Shown one piece after another: positions 1 to 12,362 of a stretch of DNA of 64,000 nucleotides. Source of the stretch: Octopus sinensis (lineage: Eukaryota); contig NC_043009.1 of the NCBI RefSeq assembly GCF_006345805.1, forward strand, positions 42,532,001 to 42,596,000. The letters run 5' to 3'. Under the pieces are notes generated by a model. That model saw nothing but the letters and a program-made list of their open reading frames with translations, had not been told where the DNA came from and did not search any database. The position numbers and the translations under genes are program-made. Position 1 is the stretch's first letter, and each line of letters opens with the position of its first letter.

Positions 1-279
1 AAAAAAACATAAAAAGAAGAAATGAAGGAGGGAAGATGTTTCCATTAGTTGTAGTGGTGGTTGGGGGGGGGTGAAGGAGAAGAAGTGCCTGCCAGAAAGG
101 TGTGAAGCTGGAAAAAGGTGAGAGCATATTTTATTAAAAGTCAGTTCAGGCACCAAACAGAATGTAACCAACAAGAGAGGTGCCGAAGTTGTTTGATAAA
201 GTTGCATATGATGTGAAGGTCGGGGGGCCAGGAGATGTGCGCGTGTTTTAGTGAGTGTACGTATTCGTGTACCTGTGTA

Positions 280-313
<34 letters not shown>

Positions 314-461
314 TATAGTTGCTAAGTTGTTTTGTTGCGAAACAGTGGAGGTGATGAGGAGGCTGGATGAAGTGTGGGAAGAGAACTAAGACTACTTAGA
401 GATGACAGAAAAGAGAAAGTAACTCTAAATAGACACAGTAAGAAAGATAAAGAAACAGATG

Positions 462-498
<37 letters not shown>

Positions 499-609
499 TG
501 TGTGTGAGAGAGAGAAGGCAAGGAGAAGTAGGAAGAATATAAAGAAGTGCTAAAAGTGAGGAAGATGAGCAGAACAAAAGAAAACCAAAAATAATATATA
601 TTTACATAC

Positions 610-648
<39 letters not shown>

Positions 649-1384
649 GCACATACCACTATATTTGTATATATATATATATATATATCATACATATATA
701 TATATATATAATATATATATATATATAATATATACATATTTATATATATGTATATATATGCAGATGGTGAGAAAAACGTTTGCGCTGCTGTTTTTTGCCT
801 TTTCTTTTGTGGTATTGAAGAGAAAGATAATTGGTCTTATTTCAAGTTACCCCTTAATCATTCCATTGTATATAAGAATATATATATGTAAGTATACACA
901 CACATACAAGTGTTTATGCATGTATATAGGTGTAATATACATACATACTAACATACATACATATATATATATATGATGGAACCAGTGATATTTTTGTATG
1001 AATGATGAGCTAAACTGAAACAAAAAGAAAGGGAAAAAAAGACAAATAAAAAATATGTTTAAAAAAAAAAAACAACGTAACATCATAGAAATAAAAAAAG
1101 TAGAAGAATATAATTTAGTAGATTTTTATGTGCAGAATAAAAGACCAGTTTTCTTAATCAATTAAAGCGTTTCAGTATCGGCTGAAGTCAGGATAATCCA
1201 ATAATGCAAAAATGGTAACGAATTAATAGAGTGAATGAAGAACAAGAAAAATACAAAGGTCACATCAATTTTCAATTAATTTCAATTAAGAATATCCTCT
1301 TACACTTCTTATTGCCTCTGCTTTCGCTTGTTTTTGTTGACGCAACTTTTCTTTTAATTTTTAGTTGTGCTTTGCATATAACAG

Positions 1385-1803
1385 CTGTTGTTGTTATTGT
1401 TGTTGTTGATGATGTTATTGTTGTTAAAGGTGCATGCGTTACTGTTACAACTGTTGTTGTTTTGTTTACATTGATGATCTTCATTAATTTTTGTTGTTGT
1501 TGTTGTTACTGTTGTTGTTGTTGTTGTTGTTGATTATGCTGTTGATAGTGGTGTATTTGTTGTTGTTACTGTTATTGTTTTTCTTGTTGTTGTTGTTGTT
1601 GTTGTTGTTGTTGCTTATGCTACAACTGCTGTTGTTAGCACCAGTAGTGTTGCTGTTGTTGTTATTGCTGTTGTTGTCAGTGGTGGAGTTTCTGTTTCAA
1701 ATATTGTTGTTGCAGCTATCTTCTTTGTTATTGTTGATGGCATGCTGGTAGTGGTGGTGGTAGGGTGGTGGCTGTTGTTAAGACAGTAGTGGTGGTGGTG
1801 ATG

Positions 1804-1839
<36 letters not shown>

Positions 1840-1916
1840 ATGGTAGTGGTAGCAGTAGTAGTAGTAGTAGTAGTAGTGGTAGCAGTAGTAGTAGTAGTGG
1901 TGGTCGTAGTAGCAGC

Positions 1917-1952
<36 letters not shown>

Positions 1953-2266
1953 AGTGGTAGCGGTAGCAGTAGTAGTAGTAATAGTGGTGGTGGTGGTAGT
2001 AGTATTAGTAGCACTAGCAGCAGCAGTGGTAGCTGCATCAGCCACAGTAGCAGCAGTGGTAGCTGTTGTTGTTGAGACAGTAGTAGTAGTGGTAGTGGTA
2101 GCATTAGTAGTAGTAGTAGTGGTGGTGGTGATGGTGGTAGTAGTAGTAGTTGTTGTTGTTGTAGCAGCAGCAAGTAGCAGCAGCAGCACTAGCAGTAGCA
2201 GTAGCAGTAGTGGTAGCAGCAGCAGTGGTAGCCGCAGCAGCAGTGGTAGCCGCAGCAGCAACAGTT

Positions 2267-2306
<40 letters not shown>

Positions 2307-2500
2307 CAGCAGTGATGGTGATGGAGGTGTTGGTGGTGGTGGTGGTGATGGTGGTAGTACTATTGATGGTAGTGGAAGCGGTGTTGGTGGTAGTAGTAGT
2401 AGTGATAGTGGTGGAGGTAGGTGCTAGTGGTGATAGTTGTGGTGATGGTTGTGGTGGTGGTGGTAGTGGTGGTGATTGTACTGTCAGTGGTAATAATGCT
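1385..2500. repeat. Composite trinucleotide tract (GTT, GCT, GTA, GTG, GCA, GGT)
   Basis: Direct reading of the sequence. Confidence 0.95.
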
Positions 2501-2811
2501 GCTAGTACTTATATATGTTGTCTAGCTCCACTTAGATGGAGTACTGTAATCAATAGTATTCCATCCATCACCTCTCCCCTCTATCAAATGTATCCTTCAG
2601 CTAAAAGTGATTGAGTGCAATATGAAGGACTTTTGGTGCCTATTTCTACCAAGTCAAGCAACCACATCGAGAAACTCCCTTGTTAGTTCAGTATATTACC
2701 AAAATATCTGTTGTTGTTTTTATTATATATTGGTACCGCTGCTGTCCTCTCCTTCTTCTTCAAATCAGGACTCACGCCATTTGCCACAAAGAATAATCTC
2801 TAATTCGAGCC

Positions 2812-3221
2812 TACTCTAAGCTTCTAAGAGTGCGTGTGGAAACTTGAAGATCCACCCACCACACGCGATAGACTGGCAGTTGCATGGGTGCGAAAGCTAC
2901 GTTGTTATCCTCATTCTGTAAATGGTGGCTTTTAACAGGTGGAGAGCTAAACCATCCTGGGGTACAGAGGATTCGCAATCTAGACTAGGGTCTGAAAGTT
3001 TACCACACCATAGTGGGTTACACCATGGTTCCTCTGCTTTGTGACAGAAGTAGGAAGAAAGAGTGAGAGAAAGTTGTGGTGAAAGAGTACAGCAGGGTTC
3101 ACCCCCGCTGGAGCTTAGGTGTTTTTGCTCAATAAACACTCACAATGCCCGGTCTGGGAATCGAAACTGTATTCTTACGACCGCAAGTTCGCTGCCCTAA
3201 CCACTGGGCCATTGTGTCTCC
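2812..3221 (-). mobile_element. SINE type D head with a different tail
   Basis: Head matches 42527-42710 through CCCTGCTGTACTCTTTCACCAC..CTTCCT, then the sequences diverge. Confidence 0.75.
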
Positions 3222-3866
3222 ACTGCTGCTGTTGTTGCTGTTGTTTCTGCATTGCTACAGATTAACATGGATTAAGCTGTCCAATGAAATAAAGGTTATC
3301 CGATGAAAGACAAGGCATGATTCACAAATCCACTTTCCTGATTATGCTGTGTCTCCCACCTAGTTGAACACCAAACTGCACATGTCTATGTGCAGTGACG
3401 AACTGTTTAAAAATGCAATGCAACAACCTGAATATGCTGCACAGTCTCCTGTCTCTTCACTCTCCAATATACTTCTATATGCTCCAAGATTTCGATGGCA
3501 GCGTCAGTAGAGGTAAACAAGGAGGTAGGGGCCAGTTAAATTGTTATAGACACTACCCCTCTGTCATTTATGCAGGGACGCATGCAACAACAATATTTTA
3601 GGAGCTTATGAGATTAAGGATTTTATCATTAAGTTTGTGTGTTTCTTATAATTGTCTAACTTGTATGAGAACGACAGTTTTTTTTTCACCCCCAAATGTT
3701 TTTGTTGTTGTTCTCTGAAATATTCTAGATGATTCTAAGTGTTTAGAAATGTTTTTGTTTTGTTATTTTTTTCATAGAGTGATGGGGACTGTGATCTTTA
3801 ACTCTTTTGTTACTAAATTTCTGTTGAAATATACTACCTTTGATTTAATTATTAAGTAATGAAGAA

Positions 3867-4096
3867 GGCGGTGAGCTGGCAGAAACGTTAGCACGCCGGG
3901 CGAAATGCGTAGCCGTATTTCGGCTGCCGTTACGTTCTGGGTTCAAATTCCGCCGAGGTCGACTTTGCCTTTCATCCTTTCAGGGACGATAAATTAAGTA
4001 CCAGTTACGCACTGGGGTCGATGTAATCGACTTAATCCGTTTGTCTGTCCTTGTTTGTCCTCTTTGTGTTTAGCCCTTGTAGGTAGTAAAGAAATA
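3867..4096 (+). mobile_element. tRNA-derived SINE type A, full length, with 14-bp TSD
   Basis: Head GGCGGTGAGCTGGCAGAA (A box) and GGTTCAAATTCC (B box). TSD TATTAAGTAATGAA at 3850-3863 and 4097-4110. Confidence 0.9.
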
Positions 4097-4377
4097 TATT
4101 AAGTAATGAAAAATTTAGTGAAATAATTTTATCATTATTAAGCTAGTGTTTGGAATAAATTATAAAATTTTAATGACTGATTTTAACTCAGATCACTTTA
4201 GGAATTAAGGAAACTATACTCATACACAGACTAGGGCCCCAAATTAACAACAACCTGGAGGTTGGTAGTTAATACATTATTTAGATGCGTATAGATTCAT
4301 TTTTGATAATATGCTCATCTGTCCTTGTTTGTCCCCTCTGTGTTTAGCTCCTAGAGGGACTATATACATACACATCT

Positions 4378-4429
<52 letters not shown>

Positions 4430-4430
4430 G

Positions 4431-4463
<33 letters not shown>

Positions 4464-4769
4464 CCATGCTTTATTGATAAAGCTGCAAAGACATCACAAA
4501 AACTGTTACTCAGAGTTTCACGTTCCTGTTCGTCGGACAGTTTTGGTTGAAAATGGAACAAAAAATAAGGTTGTTCCATTCTCAACCCAAACTGTCCAAT
4601 GAACAGGGACGTGAAACTCTGAGTAACAGTTTTTGTGATGTCTTTGCAGCTTTATTGATAAAGCATATTACTCTACCTCTGGTATTCACGTACTATTTTT
4701 CCCACCTTGTTTCACATTTATGTGCTTAATCTAGTATATATACTCACATATATATGCATGTATATATAT

Positions 4770-4986
4770 ACTCTTTTACTCTTTACTCTTTTACTTGTTT
4801 CAGTCCTTTGACTGCGGCCATGCTGGAGCACAGCCTTTAGTCGAGCAAGTCGACCCCGGGACTTATTCTTTGTAAGCCCAGTACTTATTCTATCGGTCTC
4901 TTTTGCCGAACCGCTAATTGACGGGGACGTAAGCACACCAGCATCGGTTGTCAAGCAATGCTAGGGGGACAAACACGGACACACAA

Positions 4987-5018
<32 letters not shown>

Positions 5019-5190
5019 TCATATATACGACAGGCTTCTTTCAGTTTCCGTCTACCAAGTCCATTCACAAGGCATTGGTCAGCCCGGGGCTATAGCAGTA
5101 GACACTTGCCCAAGGTGCCATGCAGTGGGACTGAACCCGGAACCATGTGGTTAGTTAGCAAGCTACTTACCACAGAGCCACTCCTGTGCC
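4770..5190 (-). mobile_element. tRNA-derived SINE type B with internal (TA)/(TG) microsatellite
   Basis: Head GGAGTGGCTCTGTGGTAAG..GGTTCAGTCCC, body ..GAAAGAAGCCTGTCG-(microsatellite)-GTGTTTGTCCCC.., tail (GTAAAAGA)n. Confidence 0.88.
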
Positions 5191-5234
5191 TATATATGTG
5201 AATATATATATATATGTGTATATATATTTGTGAA

Positions 5235-5590
5235 GGTGCATGGCTCAGTGGTTAGAGCATCAAGCTTACGATCATAAGGTTGTGAGTTCGAATCCCGGGC
5301 CGGGCTGCGTGTAGTATTCTTGAGCAAGACACTTTATTTCACGTTGCTCCAGTTCACTCAGCTGTAGAAATGAGTTGTGGCATCACTGGTGTCAAGCTGT
5401 ATCAACTTTTGCTTTTCCCTTGGCTAACATCGGTGGCATGGCGAGGGGAGGCTGGCATGCATGGGTGACTGCTGGTCTTTCATAAAAACACTAGGTTGTG
5501 CGTTCGCATGTGAGGCGACTTTCCGCCCAGACTTGAACACCAGAGGAGAACCTCTTAGGTGCACTCTAGGTCATTCATGACTGACGGAGT
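5235..5590 (+). mobile_element. tRNA-derived SINE type C (CORE/Meta-like central segment)
   Basis: GGCTCAGTGGTTAGAGC A box, GAGTTCGAATCCC B box, then TTCTTGAGCAAGACACTTTATTTCACGTTGC..CAGCTGTAGAAATGAG. Confidence 0.8.
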
Positions 5591-5593
5591 CGA

Positions 5594-5790
5594 AGGAGTG
5601 GCTGTGTGGTAAATAGCTTGCTTACCAACCACATGGTTCTTTTACCTTGGACAACACTTTGATGGTTTTGGGTCTGTTGTAAAACCTGTATAGGTGTGGG
5701 ATTATCATCATAGCTTCTACTATAGCCTCAGGCCAACCAAAACCTTGTGAGTGGATTTGGCAGACGGAAAATGAAAGCCTGTCGTATATA

Positions 5791-5830
<40 letters not shown>

Positions 5831-6100
5831 ATGATGATGATGATAATATATATATGTATGTATGTATGTGTGTATGTTTGTGTGTCTGTGTTTGTCCCCC
5901 CCCCAATATTGCTTGACAACCAATGCTGGTATGCTTACATCCCCGTACGTTAGCGGTTCAGCAAAGAGACTGATAGAATAATAGAATAAGTTCTAGGCTT
6001 ACAAAGAATAAGTCCTGGGGTCAATTTGCTCGACTAAAGGCGGTGCTCCAGCATGGCCGCAGTCAAATGACTGAAGCAAATAAAAGAATAATAGAATAAA
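5594..6100 (+). mobile_element. SINE type B
   Basis: Same architecture as 4770-5190; segment after the head replaced or diverged. Confidence 0.8.
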
Positions 6101-6111
6101 AGAATATATAA

Positions 6112-6151
<40 letters not shown>

Positions 6152-6700
6152 TTGTGTGTGTGTATGTTTGTGTGTGTGTGTGTATGTGTATATATATGTA
6201 TATATCTTCCTCCTCAATTCCCTCCTTAACACACCACACTTCTGATTCTTCCAGTCACTCACCTCTTTGTCCTTTTTAATACATAAATATTCTCTATGCT
6301 CACTCTCCTTACTCTCTCCTTACTCTCTCTTTCATACTCTCTCACCTTACTCTCCCTTCCTCTCCACACTTTCCCCCTCTCTCTTTCCTTTCTCTACCTC
6401 CATCATTTTACTCTTCCGCTCTCCTTACTCTTCATTTTACTTACTCTCCTCTACATGCTCCCTTTGACATATACTCTCTCTCTTTCTCCCCTTCTCTCTC
6501 TCTCTTTCCATGACACATCAAGTTTCTATCCCTTCTCTCTTTTCTCACCCTCTCTCTCTCCCTTTTTCTCTCTCTCTGCCTCTCTCTCTCTCTCTTTCCA
6601 TGTCACTTAAACTTTCTATTCCATTTGCTCATCTTCTCAAAAGCGTTGTCATTTTTTAATAAGTTTCCATCTTACACTCTCCACCATTTCCTCCTCCCCA

Positions 6701-6733
<33 letters not shown>

Positions 6734-7196
6734 CTTGTCTCTCACTCTTCCTCTCTCTCTCTCCTTGACTCTCACTCTTCCTCTCTCTCTCTCGCCCACT
6801 CTTTCATGATTCTCCTTTCGATGCCAGCTAAGTGGAGGAGAGCCATATTCTACACATACAGTTCCAGGCTATTATTGACATTTTCTAAACACTTCGTCTT
6901 AGAAAATGTTTCATCTTTTGCTACTTCTGAACGATTCTTGACTTCCCGCCTACCCACCTGTCACCATCACCACCACCACCACCACCACCACCGTCACCAC
7001 CACCACCACCACCACCACCACTGCTATCACCACTACCACCACTGTCACCATTGTCACCAATATCCAAACCATCATTGTCACAATGTCTTCCACCACCACC
7101 ACCACCACTACCATCACCATCACCACCACCACCACCATCACTGTCATCACCACTACCACTACCACCGTCGCCAATATCCAAACCATCATTGTCACA

Positions 7197-7296
7197 NNNN
7201 NNNNNNNNNNNNNNNNNNNNNNNNNNNNNNNNNNNNNNNNNNNNNNNNNNNNNNNNNNNNNNNNNNNNNNNNNNNNNNNNNNNNNNNNNNNNNNNN
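7197..7296. other. Assembly gap (100 N)
   Basis: Exactly 100 Ns, which suggests a placeholder of unknown true size. Preceded by a CAC/CAT triplet tract with a duplicated CCAATATCCAAACCATCATTGTCACA unit. Confidence 0.98.
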
Positions 7297-7299
7297 AAG

Positions 7300-7647
7300 T
7301 ACAATTTTGAGCGTGATCGTACCAGCGTCGCCTTACTGGCACTTGTGCCGGTGGCACGTGAACAAAACATTGGAGTGAGGTTGTTGCCAGTGCCGCTGGA
7401 CTGACTCCTGTGCAGGTGGCACGTAAAAAACACCATTTCGAGCATGGCCGTTGCCAGTACCGCCAGACTGGCCCTTGAGCTGGTGGCACGTAAAAGCCCC
7501 CACTACACTCTCGGAGTGGTTGGCATTAGGAAGGGTATCCAGCAGTAGAAACTCTGCCAGATCAGATTGGAGCCTGGCGCAGCCATCTGGTTCGCAAGTC
7601 CTCAGTCAAATCGTCCAACCCATGCTAGCATGGAAAGCGGACGTTAA

Positions 7648-7683
<36 letters not shown>
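7300..7683 (+). mobile_element. RTE-type 3' UTR fragment with (GAT)n tail
   Basis: Three GGTGGCACGT subrepeats, GGAAGGGTATCCAGC, and a GGACGTTAAATGATGAT tail shared with 43200-43500. Confidence 0.65.
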
Positions 7684-7685
<2 letters not shown>

Positions 7686-7924
7686 TGGAACTTCGTCCGT
7701 CGTTACGTTCGGGGTTCAAAGTCCACTGAAGTCAACTTTGCTTTTCATCCTTCCAGGGTCGATAAAATAAATACCAGTTGAGCACTGGGGTCGATGTAAT
7801 TGACTAGCTCCCACCCTCAAAATTTCAGGCTTTGTGCCTATAGTAGAAAGGATTATATGAATGGAAATTGGTTGTTGTAATAAAGAATTAAGCAAAAACC
7901 AAGAATAGGAGCCTGTCATCTGGA

Positions 7925-8325
7925 GTCTCACCAGACACTTACAGCTTTCTAGTTGTCAGGGAATGCAGCCGATAAAGAATTTCGTATTTGCATTCTATAG
8001 AGGACGAGTAGTGTAGTTTCTCTGGTTGGATAGAGCAAACAGAAACATTACTGGTTCGAGAAAGGTTCAGCATTCATAGGAATGCCTTCAGCCGGGACCA
8101 TCCCAAGACGTGAGAAGAGCGATAATGAAACTGCAGTGCACGCATTTGTTTAGTGTCCAAACATTGTTAATTTGCAAGGCTTTGTCGAACAGCTGGTGCC
8201 GTAAGTAGAACGGATCCGGTTGTCAACGAAGTCCAACGTGAGGATTGCCTCAACCGCCTTTATTTGGCGATGATTTTAAAGGAGATTTTCCTCTGTTTGG
8301 TAGCTATGGCCAAAGAGTTTAAGAG
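7925..8325 (+). mobile_element. Probable L1/Tx1-type LINE C-terminal remnant
   Basis: Decayed zinc-finger-like frame PRRE..ETAVHAFV*CP..L..VEQL..RIRLS. Recognition from memory only. Confidence 0.35.
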
Positions 8326-8356
8326 TGCTCGTGACTAAAATAATTATTATCATTAT

Positions 8357-8435
8357 TGAGTGTGAGAGCAGCGCATGCCATCAAAGTGTACATGATAACA
8401 CTTCTAGTCAGTTAAGATCAGAAGCCATGAGAGCC
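8357..8435. repeat. Internally deleted derivative of the 11757-12288 repeat
   Basis: GAGAGCAGCGCATGCCATCAAAGTG joined directly to TACATGATAACACTTC...GCCATGAGAGCCA. Confidence 0.8.
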
Positions 8436-8436
8436 A

Positions 8437-8501
<65 letters not shown>

Positions 8502-8543
8502 ATTATTTTATTATTATTATTATTATTATCATCATTATTATTA

Positions 8544-8583
<40 letters not shown>

Positions 8584-8600
8584 GATTTTATTATTATTAT

Positions 8601-8822
8601 ATTCAGTAGTTTTATTTTATAGTGTGCTTTCACTTCACTACCGAGCACAGCTCTGTGTGCCTTGGGTATGTGCTGTGATTTGTTGTGATGCTCTGATGGT
8701 TATTGTATGGAAAGTGTTCTGCGTAGGATGTGTGCAGTGCCTAGTAGTGCAATTTTCTGTATGTTATATGTGTTTGTAAGTCCTGGTGTTTTTGTTATGT
8801 ATTTGTCTGAATATTTTTTTTT
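8601..8822 (-). mobile_element. 5'-truncated Dong-type copy (3' end of ORF plus 3' UTR), young
   Basis: Reverse complement matches about 56410-56632 with only about five differences counted by eye. It sits inside (TTA)n arrays. Confidence 0.9.
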
Positions 8823-8883
8823 TTAATTATTATTATTATTATTATTATAATTTTTATCATCATCATCATAATCATCATCATCA

Positions 8884-8916
<33 letters not shown>

Positions 8917-8926
8917 TATCATTATT

Positions 8927-9343
8927 ATTCAGTAGTCTTATTTTTATAATGTGCTTTCACTGCACTACCGAGCGCAGTTCTGTGTGCCTTGGGTATGTGC
9001 TGTGGTTTGTTATGATGCTCTTATTTTTACTGTATTGAAAGTGTTTTACGTAGGATGTGTGCGGTTCCTAGAAGTGCTATTTTCTGTATGTTATATATAC
9101 TTGTTAGTCCTGGTGTTTTTGTTATATATTTGTCTGATTACATTTTTATCATATCCAATACACCTACTATGATAGGAATTGTTTCTGCTTTTAGACTTCA
9201 CATTTGAGTTACCTCTATTTCCAGATCCTTGTATTTTGAAAGTTTTTCCGTTTCTTTTAGAGAGACATTGTCATCTTTTGGTATTGATACATCGATTAGA
9301 AAGTTTTTTTTTTTCTTGGCGATTTCTGACAACTATATCCGGC
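8927..9343 (-). mobile_element. 5'-truncated Dong-type copy, more diverged subfamily
   Basis: Minus strand encodes RPDIVVRN..FLIDVSIPKDDNVSLKETEKLSKYKDLE and carries a similar 3' UTR ending ACTGAATAAT. Flanked by TTA/CAT arrays. Confidence 0.85.
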
Positions 9344-9875
9344 TATATATTATCATCATCATCATCATTATTATTATTATTATTATTATTAATATTATTA
9401 TTATTATTATTAGGCAAGTGGCAAAGCTAGTAATGCACTGAAGTGGGCTAGTGAGAAATTAAAATATGAGAGGGACATGAAGAGGGGGTTTGGTTGTATG
9501 CAAAATACATAGTTACACTAGTTGGAAGCGACAGATGTGTCAAGACTCGTGCATAAAATACAAAAGTAAAACAAAAACAAATACACAAACTTTATAGAAA
9601 CTTCGAAGAAGGATTTTGTGAGTAAGAATAATCCTTCTTCGATAAGACGTGGGTTCATTTGTCTTTGTTCTTTTAAGATTTCTTTCTTTAAAAAAAATTA
9701 ATTAATAATTCTTTTTCAAATACAAAGAAATTTGTCCAAAAGCACACCCTCACACCCACACACCCACAGATGTATACATATATATTTATGTAAACATATA
9801 CATATATTTATGCATTTATGCATTCACACACACACACACATATATATATATACATATATACACACATATATATAT

Positions 9876-10088
9876 TCTTTTATTCTTATATTTGTTTCAC
9901 TCATTTGACTGCGGTCATGCCGGAGCACTGCCTTTAGTGATGAAATCGACCCCAGGACTTATTCTTTGTAAGCCTAGTATTTATTCTATCGGTCTCTTTA
10001 CGGGGGACGTGAACACACCAGCATCGGTTGTCAAGCGATGATGGGGGACAAACACAGGCACACAAACACACACACACACACACATACA

Positions 10089-10137
<49 letters not shown>

Positions 10138-10296
10138 GACGGGCTTCTTTCAGCTTCTGTCAACCAAATACACTCACAAGGCTTTGGTCGGCCCGAGGCT
10201 ATAGTAGAAGAAACTTGCTCAAGGTGCCACGCTGTAGGACTGAACCCAGAACCATGTGATTGGGAAGCAAGCTACTTACTACACAGCCACTCCTGC
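9876..10296 (-). mobile_element. SINE type B
   Basis: Same architecture; internal (CA)n/(TA)n. Confidence 0.82.
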
Positions 10297-10687
10297 ATGT
10301 ATGTATGTAAGCACGAATGTATGTATGTATGTATGTATGTATGTATGTTATGTATGTATGTATGTATGTATGTATGGATGGATGGATGGATGGATGGTTG
10401 GATGGATGAATGCACATTTATACATACGTGCTCACATCATACAAAATACATGCATACAGCAAATATGCTTACATTCATACATACATACGTACTTATATAT
10501 ACATACTCACATATACTTACATCCTTCCGTCCATCCATCCATCCATCCATCCATCCATCCATCCATACATACATACATACATGCTTACATACATGCTTAC
10601 ATCCATCCATCCATCCATCCATGCATACATACATACATGCATACATGCATACATGCATACATACATACACACGCACACACGCACACA

Positions 10688-10730
<43 letters not shown>
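10295..10730. repeat. Composite (ATGT)n/(ATGG)n/(CCAT)n/(CATA)n/(CA)n microsatellite
   Basis: Direct reading of the sequence. Confidence 0.95.
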
Positions 10731-10732
<2 letters not shown>

Positions 10733-10947
10733 GGTATTCTTTTCTGTTGGCTGGTTTAAAGAGAGACGAAGGAAACTCAAGAGACTCACTTGATAAACCG
10801 GTAAATTTTTATTTAATAAAAATGCCTTAATTACATAAACATGTTAATATTATGAACGTGTTCCACTTCATTATCCCTTTATATATATATATAATACATT
10901 TCTTACAAACATAATCATCATAATCATCAATAACATCATCATCATCA

Positions 10948-10990
<43 letters not shown>

Positions 10991-11017
10991 CATTATTATC
11001 GTCGACAAAATGCTGAG

Positions 11018-11488
11018 AGGCATTTTGTCTTCGTTTACATTCTGAGTTCAAATTCTGCCAAGGCCGACTTTGCGTTTCGTGTTTTCGGGGTCAATAAAAC
11101 AAATGCTAATAGGATACTGGGGTCGATGTAATTGACTTATCGCCTCCCCCCAAAATTGCTGGTCAACATTTGGTAGTTTCAGGCAGCGTTGTGTGTTCTT
11201 TTCTGTTGTTGGGAGTGTGCAAACACTTCCCGGTATTGTATTTTGTTAGTTTTTTTTTCTCTTGAAGTGTGGTGCATCCTTTTGTTGTATTACTGTTTGC
11301 ATTCTGTATTGAATGTGTAATGCATTGGTTAGGCGGATTGCTGGTGGAAGTTTATTCCATTGGATAATTGCTGTATAGAGTGTGTCTTGTGTTTGTGGAT
11401 TGCTTTGTTATGGTTGTATTATTGAATTGATAGTATCTTGCGTAGGATGTGAGCTGTTCTTAACAGGGCTATTTTTTGATTATTATTG

Positions 11489-11531
<43 letters not shown>

Positions 11532-11742
11532 AGCGGTGAACTGATAAAATTGTTAACACCTTAGGTGAAATGCTTGGCGGCATTTCGTCCATCTTCCCGT
11601 TGTGAGTTCAAATTCTGCCGAGGTCGACTTTGCCTTTCATCCGCTCGGCGTCAATGAAATAACCAGTTGAACAGTAGGACCGATGTCATCAATTAGCCTC
11701 TTTCCCTCCAAGTTTCAGGCTTTGTGCCTATAGTAGAAAGGA
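11018..11742 (+). mobile_element. Two type-A SINE copies (about 11018-11170 and 11531-11742) flanking the Dong fragment
   Basis: CTGAGTTCAAATTCTGCC..GTCGACTTTGC cores. Confidence 0.7.
11161..11479 (-). mobile_element. 3' tip of a third Dong-type family with a different 3' UTR
   Basis: Minus strand reads QKIALLRTAHILRKILSIQ* (compare QKIALLGTAHILRRTLSIQ* at 56532), followed by an unrelated C/A-rich UTR. The 5' end abuts a (TAA)n array. Confidence 0.7.
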
Positions 11743-11756
11743 TTATTATTATTATC

Positions 11757-12288
11757 ACTGAATGAGAGAGCAGTGCATGCCATCAAAGTGACACTGAGGT
11801 ACAAACATACGAAGCCCATCATGACTATCCGTCTGATAAGAATACACTAGGCACATGCATCACAACCATACGTGCGCAACATGGTGATCTCATATCAAGA
11901 TAAAAAGTGGATGGCCTTGCAGATGGGGCCATTTTCTTCAGATTGAGTAGCCCATCCCGCTCAAAAGTTCCCTGAATAAGGTTTGCTTAAGGATGTTGAA
12001 CGAAACACCCATGTTTCCAGAAGTGAATTATCCCAAACCCAAAGAATTATCCCAAACCCCTACGATACTCCCACATTACTTCTTCTCGTGATCAGAGATG
12101 CACATATCATCAACCACAACGGGACATGCCTAACTGGTTATGGTCAAACAACTGACAAGCAAACCTGTTGGTATTGAGGATAATATTTGCTGTAGCCCAT
12201 CTTTTATGCCAAGACGAAACAATGTACATGATAACACTTCCAATCGGTTAAGATCAGAAGCCATGAGAGCCACTGCCTGGTACTGCAT
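11757..12288. repeat. Unclassified about 530-bp interspersed repeat
   Basis: Its ends recur fused at 8357-8435, and an internal part recurs at 61755-61858. It sits in ATT microsatellite context. Confidence 0.75.
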
Positions 12289-12308
12289 TATTACTGTTAT
12301 TATTATTA

Positions 12309-12321
12309 TTAATTATTATTT

Positions 12322-12362
<41 letters not shown>

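Noticed and set aside
1491-2614. Poly-L/V/T/S ORFs, and similar ORFs at 13372-13991, 35219-36110, 44524-45062 and 61831-63242
   Set aside because: Translations of triplet and dinucleotide microsatellites with no complex sequence.
3867-3955. tRNA-like sequences with A and B boxes (also 5235, 42527, 63851)
   Set aside because: They continue into repeated SINE bodies, have TSDs or many diverged copies, and lack a clean cloverleaf; not tRNA genes.
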